DNA of 50,470 nucleotides from Perkinsus olseni (Eukaryota): NCBI GenBank assembly GCA_013115125.1, contig JABANN010000227.1, positions 1 to 50,470 of the forward strand, read 5' to 3'. Shown piece by piece: positions 37,627 to 48,827 of this stretch (position 1 is its first letter; each line of letters starts with the position of its first letter). The notes under the pieces were generated by a model. It saw only the letters and a program-made list of their open reading frames with translations, ran no database searches and was not told where the DNA came from. The position numbers and the translations under genes were made by a program.

Positions 37627-40426
37627 ATGTCCCATCAAGCGAGTCCGGGAGCGGGAGGGGGAGGATCATGTGGAAGTGCAACGCCGCCAACGACAGACCT
37701 TGACTCGACTTCCGCGGGAAATCATAGGTGGCAGGGATCGAACCGGGGACCTTTCGGATGAGAGACGGATCTTTTAGGAAACGGCTTCGGCACCACCAGC
37801 TCACCCCGGCGGCTGTGGCGGGCCAAGCGGAAGCTCTTGCGAAGGAGTTTGTTCATGCGTTGCCGGTAAGATTTTTTTCTGATTTTTCCGGAAATTTTCG
37901 GACTTTTCCCGCCCTCTTTTCTTCTTCTTTTGCCGAGTCTTTTCTCGAATTTCCCCGGATTTTTCCGAATTTTTTGGATTTCTGGAAATTTTGCGGTAGA
38001 ATTTCGCGGCGCGCGGTCAGGTTGGTACGGTAGTGATTTGTCGTATGGTCGAGCTCGATCAATGGCGGCATGGGACGGTGGTGAGCATAAGAAGAAGGGA
38101 GAATCTCCCGGAGGAGCAGCCCTTGCAGCAGGTGGGGAGGTCCCGGGTTCGATCCCTGGTGAGGGTATTTTTTTCCAGGCCGGTGACCATGATTATTATG
38201 TGCATTTTCAACGGATGAATCGACGACACGACCGGTGGATAAAATGGGAGGATCTGAAATTATGCGACAGCTCGGAGAACAGCAGCGAATCTAATGGAGT
38301 TAGCGTGCCAGGTGGGAAATCTTGCTCATCTTAGACAATCTTGCTATTCCTCTAAATCTGTGAGGGCGGTGATTGTCGATCGAGTATCTTAGGTTGACGC
38401 GTGTTTTTCACGCACCGTTGGTTGGGTAATTACGCCACTTCTTTCAACAAAAGACTTTTTTACCCATTTTTCGCCGAGAATTTCGTTTTTTTCCTCCTTT
38501 TTTTCTGGCTTTTTTGAAAAATTATTGTTCTTTGCAGAGTATTGGTGGTTGTGATTGCGACATACAGAATACAAGTTGATGGGTAGCGGAAAATATTTAA
38601 GGAATTCATTTTTTGCGGAAAAAATTTTTTCACGCCATAATTTTCACAACTTCGGCGAAGAAGGGTAGTTTTTTTGGTGAAATTTTCAATAAAATTTTCT
38701 GACATTTTCAGCATCTTTGTCGTTACCGGTGGATGATGAGTACAGCGATGACTCTGATCATGAAGGAATGGGGAATGAAGAGCTCGAAAGCTGGGAAAAG
38801 GCGACCAGAGTGAAGCGAATCCAAAAGATATTCTTCCACAAGTAAGCGTGCACTTCACGGAAAAGGTTGGTTTAGTTTTTTTTCAGGTATATTTTTGATG
38901 CGTGGTATTGGGCGCCGTTTCCGGAAGAGTATCAAGATTTGGATATTCTCTACTTTTGCGAATTCTGTCTGAAATTTTTCGAGTAGGTTTTTTGGGGGAT
39001 TTTTTCGGCGGAAATTTTCGGAAAATTTAGTATAAATTTAATTGAAGAAAAAGCATTTTCATCGGCAAGGCTGGAAGAAAGGAAAGAGGAATTTTTCAGC
39101 GCGGAGTTTGGATTTTTTAGCATTTGACATGAGCGGAGCTGCGCAGTTCTCGAGCGTTTGCGGTGACGGAAAGATAAATTTTTTGCGGTGATCAAAGATT
39201 TCTACGATTCTCAGCTCGATTGTAGCTGTGATGTAGGGAATGAGAGTTATTTTAAAATGGGCGAAAAATTCCGAATTGCACAATCGTTCGTTCTTTTTTC
39301 AGCACCCGCGACGGTTTGGTATGTCACATGAACCGATGCATCCACCGTCGGCCGCCGGGCGACGAAATCTACAAAGATCCGATCCAGAGAATTTCCATCT
39401 TTGAGGTTGACGGATATTTTCAGCGAGTTTATTGCGAAAATATTTGCTATTTGGCAAAACTTTTTCTGGACCATAAACGCTTTGATCGATTCACTGTTCA
39501 CGAATTCTTCTTCTATGTGCTGTGCGACTGGGGCGAGAATGGCGAGTATCATTTCCGAGGATATTTTTCGAAAGACAAAATCGTCACTCATCGAAATCTT
39601 TCCTGTATTCTGTCGCTTCCGTGCTTCCAGCGGCGCGGAATCGGCAGTTTTTTGATCGATTTTTCGTACGAACTTTCGAGAAGAAGTAAACAGATTGGCT
39701 CACCGGAAAGGCCTTTGTCGGATTTGGGAAAAAGAACATATTTACGTTATTGGTTGAGTAAAATTTTGGACGTGCTGAAGACCCTGAACGTGAAGGACCA
39801 GATCAGTATACAGATGCTGTCGGAGCTGACTTATATCAAAGAAGATGATGTTGTGATGTGAGTGGAAATGGGCGGTTTTCGAGCGCGGGCCATGAGTTTT
39901 TGAGAACGCTAGAGTCGTGATGGGAAATGGGCTCGCTAGAAACCATCGGTTCTTCAAGTCACTCGTTAGCCGTGTGAGTTTTACGACAAATGCCGGAAAG
40001 CTGCTCAGTCAGACCAGCACCGGTGTGGCTTGGTTCTAAAGGAAACAGTTGAGATAAATTTATCGAGTTTGGGAATGTTGTGGTCAGGGCGAAAGATACG
40101 CTGTTTTTGAGTCACTGGGTGGACACAATTTTCTGTCTCCTTTTTTGTGTTCACAAGTGGAGGAATTTCGTGGCGCAGTGACGTTTTCAGGACATTGACC
40201 GAGTATAATATTTTGGTATACTATAAAGGGAATCATCACATCGCCTTACCGCCATGGAAAATAAAGAAGCTGTACAAACCTCCTTCAGAGAATCATTTAA
40301 AGTAAGTGACGGGTGTGGGGTTCGAACCGAGGACCTTTCGATTACCCTCTATTGGTCAGGATACATCCGGAGTTCCTCCACTGGGTGCCTTTGAAGTTGC
40401 CGGCAGCCGAGATGATACCGTCGTGA
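37627..40426 (+). CDS. MYST-family histone acetyltransferase (Esa1/MOF-like) with Tudor-knot chromodomain
   Basis: [16 protein letters not shown] (Tudor-knot), [21 protein letters not shown] (zinc finger), [79 protein letters not shown]. Stop 40424-40426. Confidence 0.95.
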
Positions 40427-40782
40427 TCGCCTTACGTAAAAACTGTATTATTGTTATTGTAAATTTGTTCAGACGTTACATTACGATAATTTCGTGGCGC
40501 GTGACGCTGGTCTTGAGTTCTAGCGTCGGCTGTGAGGCCCTTACAAGACAGTATTTGAAGATTATCATCAAATTTTCAAGGTTGGTATTTTTATAGGGAT
40601 CGTGCTTACCGTGTTCTTGGCTCATTAATTTTGTCATTAAGCAATGGCGTAGCGAATTTTACGAGGAAATTTCCGATTTTCTGTCGTGAATTTTGGGGAA
40701 TTACGGATATTTTTAGGAGAGAAATTCTGTTTTTTGTAGTTGTTTGTAAAGAGTGTGAAATTCATCATCACTCTTATTATTA

Positions 40783-43700
40783 ATGGCAAGTTTTTTCACA
40801 ACTACCACCATCAGGAGCCTCAGCTCAGCGGCCCTCGGAGCACTAGCAACGGGAGGTGAGTTTTCGGGAAGGGAAAGATATCTGTTGATGATGAGCGTGC
40901 ATTTTTCTTAGGCAAATTCGAAAAACTATGATTTTTTCGATCACGAAACGCATTTGTAAATTAAATTGGGGTAAAAAATGATATTTTTCGATGGACGATT
41001 TTTCGACCCTAGAAAAATGGAAAATTTTTTCCTATTTATTTACAGAATTTATAACTGAATCGCATGCGGTTTCCAATTGTACAGCAGTTCGGGTGGCCGC
41101 GTGGAGCCCGTATCATGTGGAACTGCTATAAACGCGTAAAACGCGCGGCGCTCATTGGGTAATTGAAACTGCCTACTTATTTTCACCCGCGATTCTTGTG
41201 AATTTATAGCCCAACTCAGTTGTTCTTACCCCGCTAAGCTCATTTCCTGGAGGGGCGTCGAGCCAGATCGACAGGAAGTGGTTATTAGATGGCTCGCGAG
41301 AAGACTTCCCTCGGTTTGGATTGGGAAAGTTAATTTTTTTGTCGTTGTCATCATCGGTATCACAACTCGATTGGATGGTACTCTTTTACGCTTTGAGTAG
41401 CTAGATCGGGGGAAGAATCTTTTTTTCTGTGAAGTTCCATGGTGAGTTCATCATCAGGTGTGGCTGCTGTATGTTACAAGAATGGTGACCGCGACCGCCA
41501 TTTCGTGTACTGCCAGGAACTGGCCAAAGCACCCCAACACAAAATGTTCGCTTGGGGTTATGGCGTGATGGGTCAACTCGGCCAGGGGGACGGAAAAAAT
41601 AAAACTAAACCAGTGTAAGGGGATACAAATTTTTATGCTACTTTCACGGCTGTAACGTGTTTTTTTGGCGTTGCCTGCGTGTTAGCGCAACTTTTTATGC
41701 TACTTTTACTAGTTTAACGTGTTTTCGGCGTTAGCTGAGTGCCAGCGTCGAGTCGTACAGGTTTTTATGCTACTCTCACTGCTTTAACGTGTGGCAGCTC
41801 GAAAAATTTGCGGGTTGATCTTACAGATAGCGAGTTGCCCTGCAAAGAAGGAAATTGGCCAGTGCACGCGTATTTCACACGGGGACGGGGATCAACGCGA
41901 ACTCGTGGAGGTGTGATATACCAAGCGCGACTCATGGCTAACGCTTTTCGCGATTTACAGTTTTTTCCGGAAATTTCCTGATATTTTTCGATTAAAATAT
42001 TCGCCTCTGTACAGGGCACATTTCTGCTTTACTGACAACGGGTGGAATTTCGTTCAATATTTTTTCCGTGTCTTAGTCCGGTGGTTGGCATTGATGGCAA
42101 CCCTTGGCGGGCGGCGTGTGGCCTGACAAATACAGCGGTTATCACTACCGAGGGAAAGGTAATAATTGAAGGAAAATTATCAATCCTGGGAGTCGATCTC
42201 GCGACCTCTGCGTTAGCATCGCATGCGGTTGTCCGCTGGACTGTTTGCTACTGATTCATTCCTGTTAGTTGTATACTTGGGGCTGCGGTCAAGACGGTCA
42301 GCTAGCCCACGGCGTGGACAGCAGGTTGAATGCCTTAGTCCCGGCTAGAGCGGAAGGTCTTCCAGATGATAAGAAAGTTGTGTAAGATGTTGGTGGGCCG
42401 AGCATGATGTTATTTTCTCAGGCGGCATCTCTATTGGTTTCACTATCTACTTTGTGAGAGGTTCCGCTTCCGTCTTGCAACGCTCCGTCCGAATATTTTG
42501 ATTTTTTTCCGGCGAATTTTAGTTTTTCGTATTCGCAGGAAGAATCAGCTTGTGAGATTTCTATCGAAATTATTATTTCTATTTCAGAGGCGTATCTTTG
42601 GGTGAATCCCACTCAGTGGCAGTGATGGAAGATGGCAGTGCGTGGGCATGGGGAAAGAACAATCTGGGTCAATGCGGCTGCGGAGTCCATGCCAAGTAAT
42701 ATCGATAGAGTTGGGCGACGGGTGGTATAGAAAAGTCCTCTAGGGAATTCCTTAGGAGGAATTTTTCACAATTTTTTCCTCATTTTTCCCGGAAAAATTA
42801 ATTTTCGTCAATCATAACGGTCGCAGTTGAAAGTTTTGCCATAGGGGACTTAGTTTGCTCATCGGTTCTCTCGTAAATAGATAGGTTATAACTCAGGAGG
42901 CAGATCGTACGACTTAAAATATGTAAAAATTCGTCCTTCTTCTGCGTTTCCACTGTCGTTGCCTGTGATGTTTCAGATCAAACGACAATTTGTTCACGAC
43001 GGGTCGAGAGCTACCGAAGCCTTACTCTCCGGGAGAGGTGAAACTGCCCGCGGGAAAGGTATTGGAGGGGAGGGGGTGGGACGCTGTCGACGTAGCGTGG
43101 TCAAAAATGGCAATAATCCAACTTTTTTGGTTTTGCCGGGGAAAATTGGGGTTTTCCGGAGTTATCGTACTATTTATTATCAACGAAACTACGGACAAGG
43201 TACTGTAGTGGATTCATTGCATCATAGAAAGATTGATTGTGGACCCCACTTTCCGGATGAAAATGATGGGCATGCGATATCCGCTGATTTCCCTTTTTTT
43301 CATCAGAAAGTGATGTCTGCGGCATCAGGGAGCAATCATACAGTGGCAGTGTGCACTGATGGGTCCCTACTCGTATGGGGCTCTGGTTGGGACGGTCAGC
43401 TCGGCACTGGCAACAGAAGGGACGTTTTCATACCGGTCGAACCGGAACAGGGGGAGATGAGTGGCGAACATAATGTAATGAGGATGTGTTGTGATTGGTC
43501 GAGTTACTTTTTCGAGATCCTCGCCTGCCCGTCTTTGGTCGCTTGTTTCTTGCCCGCGTTTTTGACCCTGCGGAACAAACAGTCAGAAAGATTCTTCTGG
43601 CACTACTTTGTTAGCTTCTGGTTGAATCCTTGTTCCGGTTTCCACTAGCGATGAATGTTTTTTATAAACAAGCTGTTCGTGATGATCATCTCGAGGCCGA

Positions 43701-45408
43701 CTCGCTCGTCATGATGAACTGTTCATGTATCTTGTAGCGATTGGACGCGAGCGTTCGCTGAGAATACAAATTGAGGAAAATTTCATGGGTTTTCGACAGC
43801 CCGCAGTTTCCGACTGTTTGTTAACGCTTTCAATGCTGCGCTCAGTCTCTGCCACGAGTCCTCGTTTGGTTGTTGTTTCGATTACTTGTGTTTTTTTTGC
43901 TGTTTCCAGACCATAGGCGTATCCTGCGGTCAAGATTTCTCAGCGGTGGTTAGCTCTGATGGAGAGTTGTACACCTTCGGATCAAACCAGTACGGGCAGT
44001 TGGGTGTTGGTGATGGATGTAATAGCGAAGGGGAGGGAGAGGTTGCGGGTTGAGGAGGGTCTCAGGGTGGCTGAAATTTCCGAATTTCCGGAATTTGTAT
44101 TGGAAAAACCACTCACTTTCGAGAATTTTGAGAATTTCCGACGAAAAATTTTGTTTTTCTCCGGCCAGAAAATTGGATATCACCGAATTAGGATTATATT
44201 CTGGAGGAACTTGTGTACCACTGCACCAGGAAATGTCCATGGGAAGTGGTACCTGCGGGGATCGAACCTGGGACCTCGGTTTGTGGAATCTTGCTAGCGC
44301 CCTTGTCACGAAGGCCTAGCAAGAAACGAGGTTTGCGTCGAGGACAATTTGTGATGCGGCACAGTCGAGCGTCGTATGATGCTCTCGCAATTTTTCGCGA
44401 TATTTTTGCGGAATATCTTTCAGCGAGTAGGAATCTTCCGAGTGCGAGTGGACCTCAGGTTTGCGGTCATCGACCCCTCTACGTGTTCGTGGTCCGCTAG
44501 AGGAGAGGAAGATAGTGAAAGTTGCTTGTGGTGGTTCTCACATGGCCGCGGTCACTGACGAAGGAGAGCTCTACACCTGGGGGTGAGTGAAGGTTCGAGC
44601 TTACCTGTATCGGAGCTCCTAATGATTTTGCTTTTTTTACAATTTCACTGGATTGCACTATCGCGTGTCTCCGATCGGTTCTGTTCGTCTTTGCCCTGCT
44701 AGGGTCACCGCGTCGTCCGCGAAAATTCACAAGTGCAGCGGAGCGTATCTTTCGTCAGATATGGTCGTGATGGTAACCTAGGGCACGGCGACAAAGCGGA
44801 CGTCGGCGTGCCGAAGTTGGTAGAGGCATTGAAGGGGAAGAGAATCGTTGATGTTGCTGCTGGTGGTGGACACACGATGACCCTCGATGACAAGGGCGTT
44901 TTGTAATACCGAGTAATTACGTGATCTTTGAGTGAGCGGCCTTCGGCAGATACGTATTCGGCCGAGGGAGAGATGGTCAGCTTGGCCGAGGAGATAATGT
45001 CGAATCTGTTGCGGCGTATCGGCCGGTCCCGGTCGTAGTGGATTATTTCGGAGCGAAAAAACTACGGGTTAATGTAATAGTTGGGGGAGTGGTTGCCGGG
45101 GTTGAAGGGCTAGGCTCGAGATTTCTGGTAAAAATTTTGGTAAAAATTGAAATTTCTCGATGAAAAATTTTTAAAATTGACGCCGTGAGGACTCACCGAG
45201 GACTGGAGTGAATCTTCTCGTCGATTCATGTGACATTTTGTGAAAGAAGTGAGTCGAGTTTGCAGGAATTCCTAATAAGACAATAACATTTATTATAGAA
45301 CCGTTGAATTAATACAACTGAAAACGCCTTTCCGTAGCCGAGGTTGCTGCGTGTTCAATTCAGGCTATCGCTTGCGGTAACGATCATTCAGTGGCCCTCG
45401 CGGCGTAA
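40783..45408 (+). CDS. RCC1-repeat beta-propeller protein with a possible mitochondrial presequence
   Basis: Repeated exons FAWGYGVMGQLG, YTWGCGQDGQLA, AWGKNNLGQCG, SGSNHTVAVCTDGSLLVWGSGWDGQLG, ACGGSHMAAVTDEGELYTWG and AIACGNDHSVALAA*. Ser/Thr-rich N-terminus MASFFTTTTIRSLSSAA. Confidence 0.9.
41629..41792 (+). repeat. Three imperfect tandem ~63-70 bp units in an RCC1 intron
   Basis: Units start tttttatgctact...taacgtgt at about 41629, 41692 and 41762. Confidence 0.75.
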
Positions 45409-46144
45409 GCCCGGGGAAAGATGAGCTGCGGATACTTACGGTTCCGACTACAAATCTGATATATGCGAGAAGATAATAGAAATCGATCAACCGTTTCAGA
45501 GTTAATTGCTGCATCAGCGTGGCAGTTACTTCCACTATAGTTTCACTTGACTGGAGGTGTGTTATGTGAGTAACGAATGACGGGAATTCTGGGCGGATGG
45601 GGAGCTAGGGCGTCAATAAGTGGTCAAATTGTTTTTTGTATATGTACCCGTGCCAAGAATTGAGAAACTAGCAAGCGTTGGGAGTGCAACTCATTGCGGT
45701 CACCGCAATGCGGGTTAGCGGATTCGATTGGGAGCATGTGAGGTTATGGTATGAATCATCCATAGTCTTAATGAGTTTGTATGAATTGATTGTTTTTAGG
45801 ATTTGAGCGACGTTTTCGGGATTCAGCGATCCACACTGAAGAGACCGCTGGGGAATTGCAAGATGTCAAGTGGAGCTTCGTTGTTCCCCATTATCACTAT
45901 CAGTTTAGGCCACCCAACTGTGGTATTGCGATGCGGGACGGTACCTGCAGTGCAGGTCCTGCACATCGAACTTCCAGGTAGCCTTCCTACATTCATAATG
46001 AATGTAAAAGGCGGCGCTGCAGTGATGTCGCTGGTCTATGGGAGCTCATCTCTATTCCGTGTCGACCAGGGACTGAACGCTCGGGAGAGGGCTTGGAGAT
46101 TCGCGCGCAAATTTCATCGTATTTGTTGTTTTGTTTTTTCTGTC

Positions 46145-47364
46145 ATGTCTTCGGCGGGAACGACATCCCCGAAGAAAAAGGAAGCTTCCGAGAGGACGAC
46201 TGACGTGCCGTATAGGGTGCCAATGTCCGAGACATTGGAGGGATCGATATACTCTGACCCTCCCAACACCTGGCTGAGGTTGATGCCGATAAAGGAAGAC
46301 GATATAACCTGGGGTGAGGCTCAGCGTTGTGGGCTGGAAACAATGGAGAATCGTGCCGTGGTGCATTACTCGCTGTTGCGTCGAGAAAAACGTTGAGAGT
46401 AACCCATGACTAGCCTGTGACTCAGTCACAGTGACTGTCCGCGTCTCAAGTCAAGGTCTAAATAAGCGCGAATCGGAGCCTTCAGTCAGTATGATATTGC
46501 ACCATCGAGCATTAATTACGTTTTATAGGAGGTGTTGTTGTGAATCACATTCTTTCCTCAGGGCAAATCTTTCGAGGAGAAGCTCAAGCGCCGGTATCGG
46601 AGCAGCTGCCGGATGATTTGGAGGCGCATCCGTTCCAAGGTTCGACATTCGTCCCCCTCGAGCCAGGGTGTATGGTATACCTCCATCCTCGAGGGGATCG
46701 GGGTCTCCGCTTTGGCGGACGCTACCGGCCTTGGGCTCTGATGGTCAAGCCCGCCGGCATGCCGATGAATGACGGGTACGGATACTCGTGCAATAATGAT
46801 TTTAACCAGTAGTTCAGCGTTGCTCTGGCGGCGGGGTGGCGTAGAATTTGTGAAAACGATTGTTGAATGATTAAATGATCATCTTGCATGACACTAGTTG
46901 CGTGAGTGTTACTGTTAATGGGTCGGCCGAGTGCTCCGTCAACACTCGAGATTGAAGTTTGTTCTCATGCTCCTTGCTGCTGCATTCCACGACCCGAGCA
47001 TTTTTATGCGATAAGTTGCCGTTCAGGGAAGAAAGGGTGAGTCCTGCGGATCGTCAGATATGGATTCTTTCTTTGGGGAAAATTCCACTTGTTTGTGCCT
47101 CGGTACAGTTATGGACGATGTTCCCAACGATGGGAATTTGACTCCGATAGCTATTTCCGACGATCGGTCGGTCGCGATTATAAGATGTCCAACCCTTTAA
47201 CAGCGACTTCTGGCTGCCGTCACTGGGGTCGCCTCAGTGCGACCGGAGGAGAGAGGAGAGAGCTCATATCCGGGAGATCTTCCTATACCGTCACTTCGTG
47301 GGAACTCAGAGTTCCCACGAAAGAGTTCCGAACTCTTTCGTTGACGCTTAACCGGTGTCAATGA
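46145..47364 (+). CDS. Hypothetical multi-exon protein
   Basis: MSSAGTTSPKKKEASE...; exon after ttttatag, GVVVNHILSSGQ...MPMNDG|gtacgg, joins in phase to cag|YGFFLWGKFHLFVPRYS. 3' end uncertain. Confidence 0.5.
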
Positions 47365-47599
47365 GCCAACGAGGAAATGATGAAAATCTTAACCAGGCGC
47401 ATTCGCGTATGGTTGCCTTCCCTCACAGCGAAGTGTTGATCAGTAGTTCCACCAGTGATTTGTGGTTGTCAATCATAACTTACTACTATCATGATTCTCG
47501 TGGCTGTTAGGAGGAGTCTCGTTCGACGTTGTGCCTATAACGGACACTGTAGTACCGTCCACCCTACGGGATGGCAGGCTAGCGTTCAGCATTCCGTTG

Positions 47600-48560
47600 T
47601 TGATCACTCTGCCATATGCCCAGACAACTTGTCTGAGACAAGTATGAATCTCAATTCTGGGGCCTGCCGGAGACTCCAGGCTTGAGGGGGCACTCTTGAG
47701 GTGGCACTCTGGGTAAAAGTTATCAAGGACGTGAGTCACGTCACGCGACTGCGGTACAGACGGCATAGAAATTCCCATGCGGAGTCTTCCCAAGCTTGTC
47801 ATGCTTCACTCCCGCTGTGAAATTCGCGGATTGTCTAGAACGCTTGTCGCTCAGCAGACCATTAAACTAGTACTGACCATGTGCTCACGTGTCCGCGTGT
47901 TGTTCTAACATACCGATTAAGCTCAGACTCTGAAGGAGGCTCTGAGCCTCAGAGCCTCCTTCAAGGACTGAAAGCTGCGGTGGTCCTCTTGGGAGAAGAC
48001 TAACTTGGAAGACTTCAAGGAAACAGGGAGCGGCTGAGTGGAGTACGAAAGTTGGATACTCAAGTAACAGCGCCAAGGACTGGCCTGACGCGTCATCAAG
48101 TCTCGTGAGGAAGTCGTTGAAAAGGGTTACGGTACATCTGCCGAAGATAGATTGATGTTGGATCATGCCGTACAGTGAGAATAATGCGACAACCGTTCTT
48201 ACGTGGCGCCCCCTTTGATTGTCGACTGTAGTGACTGCTTTACGACCAACCTTGGCACTACCGTCCGAAAATGGCACAGAAGTTAATAGACCAAGTAGAG
48301 TGAGACCGACCTCTCGGTGATGACCATAGAGAAGCTAGCCGGAATCTGATCGCGGTATGCAATCTCCCTCGTACGATGCAGATCGAGACAAAATTCGAGG
48401 CCGTGATGGCTAGAGAAACTCGAGCTCTAGGTCTTGCAGCGAGAAACTCGTAGTCCAGGTTGTATCGGTTGCATTGGAAATCATATTTAGTTTAAAATTC
48501 GAGTTGAGTTAACTGGAAGGATGTCTGTATCACGAAGCTTCGGCTCGATTATCGACTGAA
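47600..48560 (-). mobile_element. Possible degenerate DNA transposon (hAT-like) relic
   Basis: A stop-riddled minus frame contains SESELNRYV...VLV*WSAERQAF*TI, loosely like the hAT dimerisation motif (ELxxY...LxWW...FP). Weak match. Confidence 0.25.
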
Positions 48561-48827
48561 ATTCACTGTTATGGAGAAACTGTAAAAAAATCTGTCTTGG
48601 CACGATCTCACCGAACAAAGTTTCAAGATCATGGGACCCATGGTGTATCATGAAAGTCCCACGATGGGACCCATGACATGGCTCAGGGCCTGACTCGTGA
48701 TCAGGGGAATTTGGTGTAGCTTGACCGTCAGGCTACGCCATTTGGCTCGTTTCCATTGTCAGATATCACCGCTCGTCCGTAACAAGTGTTCCTGTACGGC
48801 GAGATCGTTCGCAGTGTCCGTCCCGCC

